DNA of 60,117 nucleotides from Bacilli bacterium (GCA_017432645.1 JAFRIU010000032.1:1-60117); one strand, 5' to 3'. Numbered from the stretch's first letter, positions 48,263 through 57,962 are shown. Notes: generated by a model from the letters alone, not told the origin. Numbers and translations: made by a program.

Positions 48263-49282
48263 TTATTTTTGCCCTGCGTCCTGTTCTTCTACTGCAGGGT
48301 ATGGAAGATTGATTAATTGACTGCATAAAGCTCTTGTGCTGCTTTTAAACAAATATCTTCCAAATTCTTCAAAAGGACCATTGTAATCATAAAGACACAT
48401 AAAATACTTTCTATCCAAATCGTCTAAATAATTAAATTGTAGCCCTAGTGATAAGTTTCCTCCTATATCGTATCCTATTCCCTCATATATTTGATACTTT
48501 TCTTTGGTTTTTTTCCCATTTAGAATATTCTCTTTATCAGGATTTTCCTTGTATGCTAATAAATCTATGCAGTAAATACAATCCAAATAAAACATAAACT
48601 CTTCAAACTTATATGGAAAATGATACTTCTTTTTTCTTTCTTCATATTTTTCTCTTAGTTTTTTCATTCCTATATCGTCTTGATATTGAAAGTTTATATT
48701 TATGAAGAATTCTTTATCTACACCTAATAAAATACTTAGCTTTGTTAAAATTGCATCATACATCTCATAATTATGTAATTTAGATAGGATTGTTCCCCCA
48801 GGGAGCATTCTTAATTGTTCCGATGGAATTTCTCTTTCTTCAAAATGCATTTCATGGATTTCTTCATATATTTTTTCGGCAAAATACTGCGTCTGAGCTT
48901 CCATGATGAGTCTTCCAAAATTACTTTTTTGATTGATTCCTACTTCATCATTTTCAGGATTGGTTTGGATTGCATGATGCATTTCATGATAAATGGTCAT
49001 TTCAAGCAAAGGGTCTGGAAGATCTTTTCGAATATAAATTCTCTTCTTCTTAGAATCTCTTAATCCTTTACAATCCGGTCCTAATCGTTTATAAACTTCA
49101 TCGTTTTCATCATATAGAAAGATTTTATATTCCAAAGCTTGTTTTAACCACTCATCGAAATGATCCTCTTCTAACCACTTACTATTTATCAACACATAGA
49201 AGTAGTTAACAAAGTACTCTAAATCTTCTTTAGCTACTTCTTTTTGCTTACTAATCCATTCTCTAACTTCTTCTCTTGTCAT
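48263..49282 (-). CDS. Putative HEXXH zinc metallopeptidase-like protein
   Basis: IYHEMHHAIQ followed by IMEAQTQ (gluzincin-like third ligand). Confidence 0.65.
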   Translation of the reverse strand: MTREEVREWISKQKEVAKEDLEYFVNYFYVLINSKWLEEDHFDEWLKQALEYKIFLYDENDEVYKRLGPDCKGLRDSKKKRIYIRKDLPDPLLEMTIYHEMHHAIQTNPENDEVGINQKSNFGRLIMEAQTQYFAEKIYEEIHEMHFEEREIPSEQLRMLPGGTILSKLHNYEMYDAILTKLSILLGVDKEFFININFQYQDDIGMKKLREKYEERKKKYHFPYKFEEFMFYLDCIYCIDLLAYKENPDKENILNGKKTKEKYQIYEGIGYDIGGNLSLGLQFNYLDDLDRKYFMCLYDYNGPFEEFGRYLFKSSTRALCSQLINLPYPAVEEQDAGQK

Positions 49283-49295
49283 AGATTCCTTCCTA

Positions 49296-49553
49296 TTATA
49301 GATTTTGTAGAATTAAAACAATTACTAAAGAAATATAAATTAATAAACATAGAGAAGTTCCTACGATTCCTGTAATCATTCCAGATAGACCTAAAGTCTT
49401 ATTCTCTTTCTTATAAGATTTGATTCCTAGTATGATTGCGATTACTCCTGTTGGAATGGATATATACCAAAATAAGATTGTAACAATAGAAATAATTCCT
49501 AAGACTAAAGATACAATATGAGATATTACGCGTTCTTCTGTTTTATTTTTCAT
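49296..49553 (-). CDS. DUF4190-like small membrane protein
   Basis: SLVLGIISI...IAIILG...GMITGIVG. Confidence 0.75.
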   Translation of the reverse strand: MKNKTEERVISHIVSLVLGIISIVTILFWYISIPTGVIAIILGIKSYKKENKTLGLSGMITGIVGTSLCLLIYISLVIVLILQNL

Positions 49554-51480
49554 TTTTCTCTACTCCTTTTATTTTTAGATTACTAATTTCTTTTAAGTCC
49601 TTTAAATCATTTACTTTGATGTTATTTTCTGAGACTGTATATAAATTATCATCTATATATAGTCCTCTTAATAACTTAGAAGGATTCCATTCATAATATT
49701 TGGTGGTTGTTTTTTCATGAGTAATGGTTCCTTTTAATTGGAATCCATCTTCTAAATCTATATGATACACAAAGTATCCTTCGGATATCGCTTCTTTTTC
49801 AGGAGATTTAAAGTTCTCAACTTCTATATCATTAGATTCACTAGCTTTCACAGAAAAATCTTCTTCATAATTATTTACTGGTATAGCAAGTAAATTCTTA
49901 TTCTTTGAGAATAGTAAAGCTTTTGGATTCGTTAAAACTGCAGATACCGTTCTTCTATCTCCTATTGTTGTCTTAGCAATCTCTTTCGGAGAAAGAATAT
50001 CCGATACATCAAAAAGACACATTTTCATACCTTTTATCGTATCCCAATTACTGATTATTTTACCTTCTTCATCTCGATTAATAACTTGTTCTGTATCCAT
50101 TCCAATTCCGATTAAATGGTTTTCATCATATGGATGTAGATAGGTACTATATCCTGGTATTTCTAATTCACCCATTACTTTTGGCTTGGCAGGATTAGAT
50201 AGGTCAAATACAAATAATGGATCGGTATTTAAATAGGTTACTAAGTAAGCTCTATCTCCTATGAAACGAGAAGCATACATTCTTTCTCCTTCTCCTACTT
50301 TTTCACTTTCTCCTACTAGATGTAGTTTTTCATCTAAAACAGTAATTTTGGTCCCTTCCCCTGTCTCTAAAGCGATTCTTAATTTTCCCTCTTTTTCATC
50401 TAGAGAATATTGATTAATAATAGATCCTGTTACTTTTGTTGTTGCTTGTAAAGATACTCCGCCTTCTATTTTAAACTTATAGATTTCTGTAATATTCTCA
50501 TAGTTTTGTTCTACAGATTCGAAGAATCCAATGACTCCTTTATAACCAAATAGAGAAAGAATATTTACTTGATTTTCATACTTCGTATTTAAAAGATAGA
50601 TATTATTCTTTGATACATAAGCATTCGCAATATTAATTAAATAGGAATTTACTTTTACCTTACTCATACTGTTTAAATCTAATTCTGCAATCAAGGTTTG
50701 AATACTACTTGGATTTTTCTTTAAATATTTTATATTATTCAAACTAATCTTTTTTGTTTCTTTGTCTTCTTGATATTTTCTTTCAATCTTACCATCTTTT
50801 TTTCTTAAAAAGCCTTTGGAAAAGATATAAAGTTTTCCTTCTATACATCTACTGGTATAGTATGCTTCATATAATTCAAATTCTTTTACTAGTTTAGGAG
50901 AGGTTTTATTCGTTAAGTCATATACTTTTACTAGAGTATTTTGATGATAATATCCATCTTCTTTACCATAGAAGATTCCTATTAAATAGTTTTTGTATAA
51001 TAGTAATTCATTAGGAATAGCAGAAGGGCTACTGATTGTTGCTTCTATCTTGATATTCTCCGGATCTTTTACATTGGTGATGATGATATTTTCTTCAGAA
51101 ATAGAATAGATATAATCTCCATCCGTCTTAATAATATCTGCTTCATCTACTCCTTCTACTTGAATATTCGTTTTAGAATAGTCTTTTTCTTCCATACCAG
51201 AAGTTGTTACATAATCTACAGATTGGTAGGAATTTTCTACTAGCCAATCGGTTGTATCATATTTCCGATAAACTCTATTATCTTCTAAGAATACACTGAA
51301 TGGTAGAGTTAGCATTCTCTCTAAAAATGATATGGAATCATACTTATTAGATTCATAGAGATTTAGTAATTGCTTTTCACTCTTTATTGTTTTGATTTCT
51401 TGTCTATTTGATATGATCAAGCAAAATATGATCAAAATGATCATAAAACCTATTAGGAATATTTTATTTTTTTTCTTCAT
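49543..51480 (-). CDS. Secreted beta-propeller domain protein
   Basis: YSKTNIQVEGVDEADIIKTDG, GERMYASRF, TDPLFVFDL, GELEIPGYSTYLHP. Confidence 0.88.
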   Translation of the reverse strand: MKKKNKIFLIGFMIILIIFCLIISNRQEIKTIKSEKQLLNLYESNKYDSISFLERMLTLPFSVFLEDNRVYRKYDTTDWLVENSYQSVDYVTTSGMEEKDYSKTNIQVEGVDEADIIKTDGDYIYSISEENIIITNVKDPENIKIEATISSPSAIPNELLLYKNYLIGIFYGKEDGYYHQNTLVKVYDLTNKTSPKLVKEFELYEAYYTSRCIEGKLYIFSKGFLRKKDGKIERKYQEDKETKKISLNNIKYLKKNPSSIQTLIAELDLNSMSKVKVNSYLINIANAYVSKNNIYLLNTKYENQVNILSLFGYKGVIGFFESVEQNYENITEIYKFKIEGGVSLQATTKVTGSIINQYSLDEKEGKLRIALETGEGTKITVLDEKLHLVGESEKVGEGERMYASRFIGDRAYLVTYLNTDPLFVFDLSNPAKPKVMGELEIPGYSTYLHPYDENHLIGIGMDTEQVINRDEEGKIISNWDTIKGMKMCLFDVSDILSPKEIAKTTIGDRRTVSAVLTNPKALLFSKNKNLLAIPVNNYEEDFSVKASESNDIEVENFKSPEKEAISEGYFVYHIDLEDGFQLKGTITHEKTTTKYYEWNPSKLLRGLYIDDNLYTVSENNIKVNDLKDLKEISNLKIKGVEKNEK

Positions 51481-51534
51481 TTTATCCTCCTATTTCCTAA
51501 AAAATTTGTTTCTCACCTGAAAAATTCACTGTTA

Positions 51535-53643
51535 TTAGTGAATTTTGATTTTTACATCTAGAGCTGAACTACCATTTTCATAGGCAAATACTGGATTAAT
51601 ATCTAGTTCATCAATTTCATCGAAATCTAATGTTAATTTAGCGATTCTTGCAATTGTATCTACAAGAGCATCTATATCACAAGGAGCTTCTCCTCGATAG
51701 CCTTTTAATAGAGTGTATGCTTTCGTAGATTCAATTTGTTTATAAATGTCTTGTTTAGTTAAATTCTTCGCTAATTTGAAGGAAGCATCTTTGATTAGAT
51801 TTACATAGATACCACCCATTCCAAATACAATCATTGGTCCAAAGCTTGCATCTCTCATCATACCAATGATAATTTCTTGGCCTTGTGGCATCATTTTTTG
51901 TACTTCTATACCGTTTGGAACAACGTCTGGATAAGCTTTCTTGGCATTTTCCATGATAAGTTCAAAAGTTTCTTGTGCTTCTTCTTTTGTTTTGATGTTT
52001 GCTTTTACTCCACCCATATCTGTTTTATGTAGAATTTTATCAGAAGCTATTTTTAAAACAACCGGGAAGCCCATCTCTTCTGCAATACTAGCAGCTTCTT
52101 CTTTTGTTGTTGCAAGAACAACAGGTGTAGAAGGGATTCCATAATAACTAGCTACTTTATACGCTTCACTACCAAGTAGAGCATCTCTTCCATCTTGTCT
52201 TACTTTTTCAAATATCTCTTCTACTTTTTGTTTATCTACATCAGATATTGATACTAATTCAGCATTCTTAGACTCTTTTAAATAAGTTGTATATTTTGAC
52301 ATTTCCTTTAATACCTCGACTGGAGTTTCTGGGAAAGTATATACAGGCATATTCGCATCCATTAACATTTCTTTTGATTTTTCAAAAGTTACTCCACCCA
52401 TATTTACAGAAAACATTGGGATTTCCTGATTTTCTTTGGCTGTTTTTATGATAGCCTCTGTAATTGGTACTGGTTGGGCAGATGCAGTTGGGCATGTCAT
52501 GACAATTACGGCATCTACTCCTGGATCATGAGCTACTTTTTCTAAGGCGATACTATATCTTTCTGGACTCGCATCTCCTAAAACATCGATTGGGTTTACT
52601 ACGTTAGCTTCTACTGGTAAGGCTTCTTTTAATTCAGAGATTGTTTCATCTGAAAGCGTGGCCATTTTTAGTCCCGCCTTTTCCACTGCATCGGCTGTTA
52701 CTACGCCTCCTCCACCAGCGTTTGTTACAACGGCTACTCTATCTCCTTTTGGAAGAGATAATTTAGAGAAAGCCAATCCTAAATCAAATAGTTCTGTCAT
52801 ACTATGTGCTCTGATAACTCCTGTTTTTTCAAAAGCTAAATCATAAGCCATATCACTACCAGCTAAAGCTCCTGTATGAGAAGATGCTGCTTTGGCTCCT
52901 GCACTACTAGATCCTGATTTTAAAATAACAATTGGTTTTTTCTTAGATGTTTCAGAAACCACTTTTAAGAATTCATCTCCATTTGAGATACTTTCTAGGT
53001 AGCATAAAATAACACTGGTATCCGGGTCATCTCCTAGATACTCAATTAAATCAATTTCTGAAATATCTGCTTTATTTCCAATACTAATCGTTTTACTGAA
53101 ACCAATTCCAACGGATACACTCCAGTCAAGAATAGCTACTAGCATAGCTCCACTTTGAGAAATGAAAGCAATGTCTCCTTGATGCGGCATTAATTGTCCG
53201 AAAGAAGCATTAATTGGAGATTTGGTATCAATGGAACCAATGACATTTGGTCCTAATATGTTCATTCCACCTTCTCTCGCAATTTCTACAAGTTCTCTTT
53301 CTAGTTCTGCTCCTTCTTTGCCAATTTCCTTAAAACCTGCTGTTAAGACAATCATATTCTTTACTTTTTTTTCTACACATTCTCTTGCAGCATCTGCTAC
53401 GGCTGCAGCAGGAATAGAAACTACGACTAAATCTATTTCTTCAGGAACCTCTAGGACAGAATGATAGTTCTTTAATCCTTCAATAACTTCTTCTTTTGGA
53501 TTTATTGGATAGATCTTTCCTTGATATCCACTATTCAATAAATTTTTAACAACAATATTTCCTACTTTTCCTGGTTTACTGGAAGCTCCAATAACCGCTA
53601 CTGATTTTGGTTTAAATAATGTTGTAATGTCTTTCATATTCAT
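51535..53643 (-). CDS. ADP-forming acetate--CoA ligase, fused alpha-beta
   Basis: AVIGAS, YPINP, GPN, SQSG, SHTGALAG (His-alpha), NPIDVLGDA, ILHKTDMGGV (His-beta), ELDINP. Confidence 0.92.
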   Translation of the reverse strand: MNMKDITTLFKPKSVAVIGASSKPGKVGNIVVKNLLNSGYQGKIYPINPKEEVIEGLKNYHSVLEVPEEIDLVVVSIPAAAVADAARECVEKKVKNMIVLTAGFKEIGKEGAELERELVEIAREGGMNILGPNVIGSIDTKSPINASFGQLMPHQGDIAFISQSGAMLVAILDWSVSVGIGFSKTISIGNKADISEIDLIEYLGDDPDTSVILCYLESISNGDEFLKVVSETSKKKPIVILKSGSSSAGAKAASSHTGALAGSDMAYDLAFEKTGVIRAHSMTELFDLGLAFSKLSLPKGDRVAVVTNAGGGGVVTADAVEKAGLKMATLSDETISELKEALPVEANVVNPIDVLGDASPERYSIALEKVAHDPGVDAVIVMTCPTASAQPVPITEAIIKTAKENQEIPMFSVNMGGVTFEKSKEMLMDANMPVYTFPETPVEVLKEMSKYTTYLKESKNAELVSISDVDKQKVEEIFEKVRQDGRDALLGSEAYKVASYYGIPSTPVVLATTKEEAASIAEEMGFPVVLKIASDKILHKTDMGGVKANIKTKEEAQETFELIMENAKKAYPDVVPNGIEVQKMMPQGQEIIIGMMRDASFGPMIVFGMGGIYVNLIKDASFKLAKNLTKQDIYKQIESTKAYTLLKGYRGEAPCDIDALVDTIARIAKLTLDFDEIDELDINPVFAYENGSSALDVKIKIH

Positions 53644-53820
53644 CTCTCCTTTATCAAAATGAATTCCATTTTCTATATTGAGTGTATCATACGAGGATAA
53701 AAATTACAATGATTGTATTAGATGAATCGTATTATTTATCTATAAATAAGAAAGATTTTTAACGTTTCTTCTTTGCATAAATGATTTTTAAGTACAAAAA
53801 AAGGAATATAATATTTCTTC

Positions 53821-54264
53821 CTATTTTAACTTTATCATTTGATAATGGAACTCTGTTTCTCCATCTGGGATAAATCCTAATCTTTTATATAATTCTCCTA
53901 CAGGATTTTGTTTAAAAAACTGGATTCTAATATTTTGATCCTTGTGCTCTTCTAGTTTTTCTTTTAAAATGCTAGTACCTATTCCTCTTCCTCGATATTC
54001 TGGAATAATACAAATATTTCCTATCTCATAACTTCCATCTTCTAATTCACTATCATTATAGAAACCAACCGGTTTATTCTCTACTTTGATAATATAAGAA
54101 CTGTTTTGGTAAGTCTTCATAAATTTTTTGAAATACTCTTTTTGTTCCTCTTCTTTCCAGCTTCCCCAACATTCTTCCACGTATTTTTGATAAGCATTCT
54201 TTTTTGCTTCATATACAAAATCATAATATTCTTCTTTATATGGTTCCATTTTATACTTTTCCAT
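53821..54264 (-). CDS. GNAT acetyltransferase
   Basis: ICIIPEYRGRGIGT, NPVGELYKRLGF. Confidence 0.9.
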   Translation of the reverse strand: MEKYKMEPYKEEYYDFVYEAKKNAYQKYVEECWGSWKEEEQKEYFKKFMKTYQNSSYIIKVENKPVGFYNDSELEDGSYEIGNICIIPEYRGRGIGTSILKEKLEEHKDQNIRIQFFKQNPVGELYKRLGFIPDGETEFHYQMIKLK

Positions 54265-54267
54265 ATT

Positions 54268-54909
54268 CTATCCTCTTCTTGGTTTCATGGCTTTGATTAG
54301 TTTATATTCTTCTTTATCTACATCATTTAGAGTAATTAGTTTAAAACCAGTCTCTTTTAATAAATATAATTCATTTCCTAGAGTAATTGGTGTATCAATG
54401 TGTTTATGTTTATCTATTTCATTTTCTAATAGATATAATTGTGCTTCTTGAAATTCATCTGTTAAGGCAATTCTATCACAATTGATGAAATATCCATCTT
54501 CCTTTAAACAATCAAATATTTTCTTATAAAGAATGGCTTTTTCTACCTGTTTAAAGTGATGAAGTGCTGAGGTAGAGATTACTGCATCATAGTCTTTTCC
54601 AAAATCTGTTTCAAAAAAGTCTCCACAAATGATCGTTACCTGATCAGCAAAACTTCTTGTTTTAAGTTTTTCTAACATGTTCTCAGAAATATCAATTACC
54701 GTTACTTTAACATTTGGATATTTTTCAAATAAAGAAATTAATTCTAGTCCTGTTCCAGCACCTAAATCTAGTATTCTTTCTACATTCTCTTCTAGATTTT
54801 CTGTGATTGCTTCTTTCGTTTTCATAAATTCACTATGATCATCATCATAGGTATCTATTTTACTATTAAAAAACTCTCTTTGTTTTTGATTCCTTCCTTG
54901 TAAATTCAT
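54268..54909 (-). CDS. Class I SAM-dependent methyltransferase
   Basis: ILDLGAGTG, VIDISENML, YDAVISTSALHH. Confidence 0.92.
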   Translation of the reverse strand: MNLQGRNQKQREFFNSKIDTYDDDHSEFMKTKEAITENLEENVERILDLGAGTGLELISLFEKYPNVKVTVIDISENMLEKLKTRSFADQVTIICGDFFETDFGKDYDAVISTSALHHFKQVEKAILYKKIFDCLKEDGYFINCDRIALTDEFQEAQLYLLENEIDKHKHIDTPITLGNELYLLKETGFKLITLNDVDKEEYKLIKAMKPRRG

Positions 54910-54972
54910 TTAGATTCCTCTCTTCCTGTTTCTATGCGCATTATATCACAAAAAAGCAGACTTTTCATCTGC

Positions 54973-55275
54973 TTAATATTTCCATTGATATTTTTCTAAA
55001 TCAATACGATAATTGATTACTTTAATCCCATCTTTTTCTAATCTTTCTTTTTGTACTTCTATTCCACCATCCCCAAAATGAGGAGATAAATATCCTTTTT
55101 GGTTGACTACTTTATAGCAAGGATAGTGAATAGGATCTGGATTCTTATGGAGAATGTTTCCGACTACTCTAGATAGTTTAGGATTTCCTAAGTACTCTGC
55201 GATTTGTCCATAGGTTACTACTTTATTTTTTGGGATTGTTTTTAGAAATTCATATACTCTATTTTGAATAGTCAT
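54973..55275 (-). CDS. MGMT/Ogt-family alkyl-DNA repair protein (C-terminal domain only)
   Basis: VVTYGQIA, RVVG, YPCYKVV (PCHRV variant with Cys retained). Confidence 0.85.
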   Translation of the reverse strand: MTIQNRVYEFLKTIPKNKVVTYGQIAEYLGNPKLSRVVGNILHKNPDPIHYPCYKVVNQKGYLSPHFGDGGIEVQKERLEKDGIKVINYRIDLEKYQWKY

Positions 55276-55276
55276 A

Positions 55277-56881
55277 TTATTTATTATCAATACTTGCTTT
55301 TACAAAGGAATCAAACAATGGAGCTGGTTTTAGTGGACGTGATTTAAACTCTGGATGAAATTGGCAAGCTATAAAGTGTTTTAATTTTGGTAATTCAATG
55401 ATTTCTACTAGGTTTGCTTTTTCGTTCATACCAGAGAAAACCATTCCATTTTGTTCTAGCAATTCTCGATATTTATTATTGAACTCATAGCGATGACGAT
55501 GTCTTTCTAAAATCGTATCACTCTTATAATCTTTCCAGGCTAAAGTATCTTTTTTGATGGCACATTCATAGTTTCCAAGACGAAGGGTTCCACCCATATT
55601 CACAATAGACTTTTGATCTGCCATTAGATCGATAATTGCCTCTTTCGTATCCATATCAAACTCAGTTGAATTTGCATTCTCTATCTTACAAACAGAACGA
55701 GCAAATTCAATGACAGCAAGCTGCATACCAAGGCAAATTCCTAAAAAAGGAATATCATTTTCTCTTGCATAGTGAATAGCTTTAATCTTTCCATTAATTC
55801 CTCTACTTCCAAAGCCTCCAGGTACTAAGATTCCTTTGACATTTTTAAATACTTCTTTTAAATCTACCTTATCATTTTCTAAGGTTTCTGAGTCAATCCA
55901 ATTGATATTAACTTTTGTATTATACTTATATCCTGCATGTCTTAGTGATTCTGCAACTGATATATAAGCATCATGTAATTCAACATACTTGCCGACTAAA
56001 GCAATTTCTACTTCTTTATTTAAATGATTTACAATTTCAATTAGTTTTTTCCACTCTATTAAATTAGCTTTCTTGATTGGTAATTCAAATTGTTTTAGAA
56101 TAATTTCATCTATCTTTTGGTTATAATAATTCATTGGAATTTCATAGATATTATTTACATCTACTGAGTCTATTACATTTTCAATTGGTACAGAACAGAA
56201 TAAAGATAATTTGTTTTTAATACTTTCACTCGTACTGAATGGTACACGGCATACTAAAGCATCTGGTCTGATTCCCATGTTTCTTAAATCTTTTACACTG
56301 TTTTGAGTTGGCTTGGTTTTTAATTCATTTGATCCATAAATGAAAGGAACAAGTGTACAGTGAACAAAGAAAGTAGAATTGCTTCCCTTTTCATATTGAA
56401 TTTGTCTCAAGGCCTCTATAAAGCTTTCTGATTCAATATCTCCTACTGTACCACCGATTTCTGTTATGACAATATCTGCACCACTAGAGTGTCCTGCCTC
56501 ATATACTTTATTCTTGATTTCATTGGTAACGTGTGGAATCATTTGTACTGTAGCTCCTAGATAATCTCCATGTCTTTCTTTATCAATTACCGATTTAAAG
56601 ATTTTTCCACTGGTAATATTAGAGGAGTAGTTTAATTCCTCATCGATAAATCTTTCATAGTGTCCTAAATCAAGGTCTGTTTCGCAACCATCATAGGTTA
56701 CAAAAACCTCTCCATGCTGAATGGGATTCATTGTTCCTGGATCCACGTTAAAATAAGGATCAAATTTCTGCATAAAGACCTTATATCCACGAGATTTTAG
56801 TAGTAATGCTATACTACTTGCGGTAATTCCCTTTCCAAGACCTGATACTACTCCGCCTGTTACAAATACATACTTTGTCAT
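55277..56881 (-). CDS. pyrG: CTP synthase
   Basis: FVTGGVVSGLGKG, DLDLGHYERF, KTKPTQ, GICLGMQ, ERHRHRYE, QFHPEF. Confidence 0.99.
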   Translation of the reverse strand: MTKYVFVTGGVVSGLGKGITASSIALLLKSRGYKVFMQKFDPYFNVDPGTMNPIQHGEVFVTYDGCETDLDLGHYERFIDEELNYSSNITSGKIFKSVIDKERHGDYLGATVQMIPHVTNEIKNKVYEAGHSSGADIVITEIGGTVGDIESESFIEALRQIQYEKGSNSTFFVHCTLVPFIYGSNELKTKPTQNSVKDLRNMGIRPDALVCRVPFSTSESIKNKLSLFCSVPIENVIDSVDVNNIYEIPMNYYNQKIDEIILKQFELPIKKANLIEWKKLIEIVNHLNKEVEIALVGKYVELHDAYISVAESLRHAGYKYNTKVNINWIDSETLENDKVDLKEVFKNVKGILVPGGFGSRGINGKIKAIHYARENDIPFLGICLGMQLAVIEFARSVCKIENANSTEFDMDTKEAIIDLMADQKSIVNMGGTLRLGNYECAIKKDTLAWKDYKSDTILERHRHRYEFNNKYRELLEQNGMVFSGMNEKANLVEIIELPKLKHFIACQFHPEFKSRPLKPAPLFDSFVKASIDNK

Positions 56882-56891
56882 ATTTCCTCCC

Positions 56892-56943
56892 AAAAGAAAA
56901 TCCAGTAAGAGAAACTCTTACTGGGCTCTATTTTATTATATCA
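56892..56943 (-). promoter_or_regulatory. pyrG promoter (extended -10) followed at once by a leader terminator
   Basis: TGATATAAT-AAAAT-AGAGC-CCAGTAAGAG-TTT-CTCTTACTGG-ATTTTCTTTT-GGGAGG RBS. Confidence 0.7.
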
Positions 56944-57008
56944 CTTTTTTTCTAAAATGGATTCCTTTTTTATCGAAAATAATTCATATATCATCTCCTC
57001 ATGTTATT

Positions 57009-57041
57009 ATTGTAACTTACTAAGTTGAAATAAAACTGAAA
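57009..57041 (-). promoter_or_regulatory. Response-regulator box promoter 3
   Basis: TTTCAG-N5-TTTCAA-N10-TACAAT. Confidence 0.6.
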
Positions 57042-57066
57042 ACAGTAGATTTTATCTACTGTTTTT
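57039..57066. terminator. Intrinsic terminator downstream of the ABC ATPase unit
   Basis: AAAACAGTAGAT-TTT-ATCTACTGTTTT. Confidence 0.75.
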
Positions 57067-57100
57067 CTCGATAGGTAGTAGAGAAGGAGTGTATCTCTAC

Positions 57101-57169
57101 CTATGTGACTATATACAAATATTTCATATCATTATCATTATTTTTTGTCTTTTTCTTTCTTTTCTTCAT
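57101..57169 (-). CDS. Small ORF or gene remnant MKKRKKKTKNNDNDMKYLYIVT
   Basis: Strong GAAAGGTGGTGA RBS just after the ATPase stop; only 22 codons. Confidence 0.35.
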   Translation of the reverse strand: MKKRKKKTKNNDNDMKYLYIVT

Positions 57170-57194
57170 CTATCACCACCTTTCTGTGAAATTC

Positions 57195-57920
57195 TTATTT
57201 CACTTTTTGTAAGTCATATACTTGATCAGCCATTTCACATACATTTGGAGAGTGCGTTACTATGATTACACATTTCCCTTCCTCGTGAGCTAGTTTTTCA
57301 AATATTTCTAATATTTCTTTTTCTGTTTGCTTGTCCAAATTTCCTGTTGGTTCATCGGCAACAATCATTTTTGTATTATAGGAAAGACTTCTCGCTATCG
57401 CAACACGCTGCTGTTCTCCACCAGAAATGCGAAGTACTTTACGAGTTGCATATGTTTCTTTTAAGCCTACATTCTTCATAAGTCTTAAGGCTTCTTCTTT
57501 TTTATTATCGACTTTGATTCCACTGGCATCCATGGAAAGAATAATATTTTCGCTTACTGTCATGAACGGAAGAAGATTGTAGCTTTGAAAAACAATTCCT
57601 ATTTCATGACTACGGTAATAATCTAAGTTGATATCTTTTAAATCTTTTCCATCAAATATGATTTTTCCTTCGGTACATCTTTCCAAGCCGCTAATTAAAG
57701 ATAATAATGTTGTTTTTCCTGTTCCACTTCTTCCTCGAATAGCATATAATTTTCCTTTTTCAAAATTGTAGCTTACATCTCGTAAGGCATATTCATCCCC
57801 TTCCGCATCACTATATTGATAACTGGCATTTTGAATAGAAAGTAATACATTATCTTTATTTCCTTCTGCTTGTTTTTCTTCTTTCTTTTTCCTGCTTACG
57901 TTATCCAGTTTAGCAGTCAT
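57195..57920 (-). CDS. LolD/MacB-type ABC ATPase without adjacent permease; start codon doubtful
   Basis: GRSGTGKT, VFQSYNLL, ISGGEQQR, ADEPTGNLD, VTH. Confidence 0.85.
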   Translation of the reverse strand: MTAKLDNVSRKKKEEKQAEGNKDNVLLSIQNASYQYSDAEGDEYALRDVSYNFEKGKLYAIRGRSGTGKTTLLSLISGLERCTEGKIIFDGKDLKDINLDYYRSHEIGIVFQSYNLLPFMTVSENIILSMDASGIKVDNKKEEALRLMKNVGLKETYATRKVLRISGGEQQRVAIARSLSYNTKMIVADEPTGNLDKQTEKEILEIFEKLAHEEGKCVIIVTHSPNVCEMADQVYDLQKVK

Positions 57921-57939
57921 ACCTTAAATCAAACTGAAA
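57907..57939 (-). promoter_or_regulatory. Response-regulator box promoter 2
   Basis: TTTCAG-TTTGA-TTTAAG-N10-TAAACT. Confidence 0.7.
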
Positions 57940-57962
57940 AATAAAAAAAGAATCAAAAATTT

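Noticed and set aside
51535-54264. Split Pat/PatZ protein acetyltransferase (ACD-like plus GNAT)
   Set aside because: The ligase keeps its catalytic His residues and has its own promoter; the GNAT belongs to a separate upstream unit with a methyltransferase
1150-54300. Many short ORFs of 60-105 aa in the track that overlap long genes (e.g. 1150-1332, 4607-4858, 35128-35445, 42717-43028)
   Set aside because: They are antisense or alternate-frame shadows of well-supported genes with no recognisable motifs
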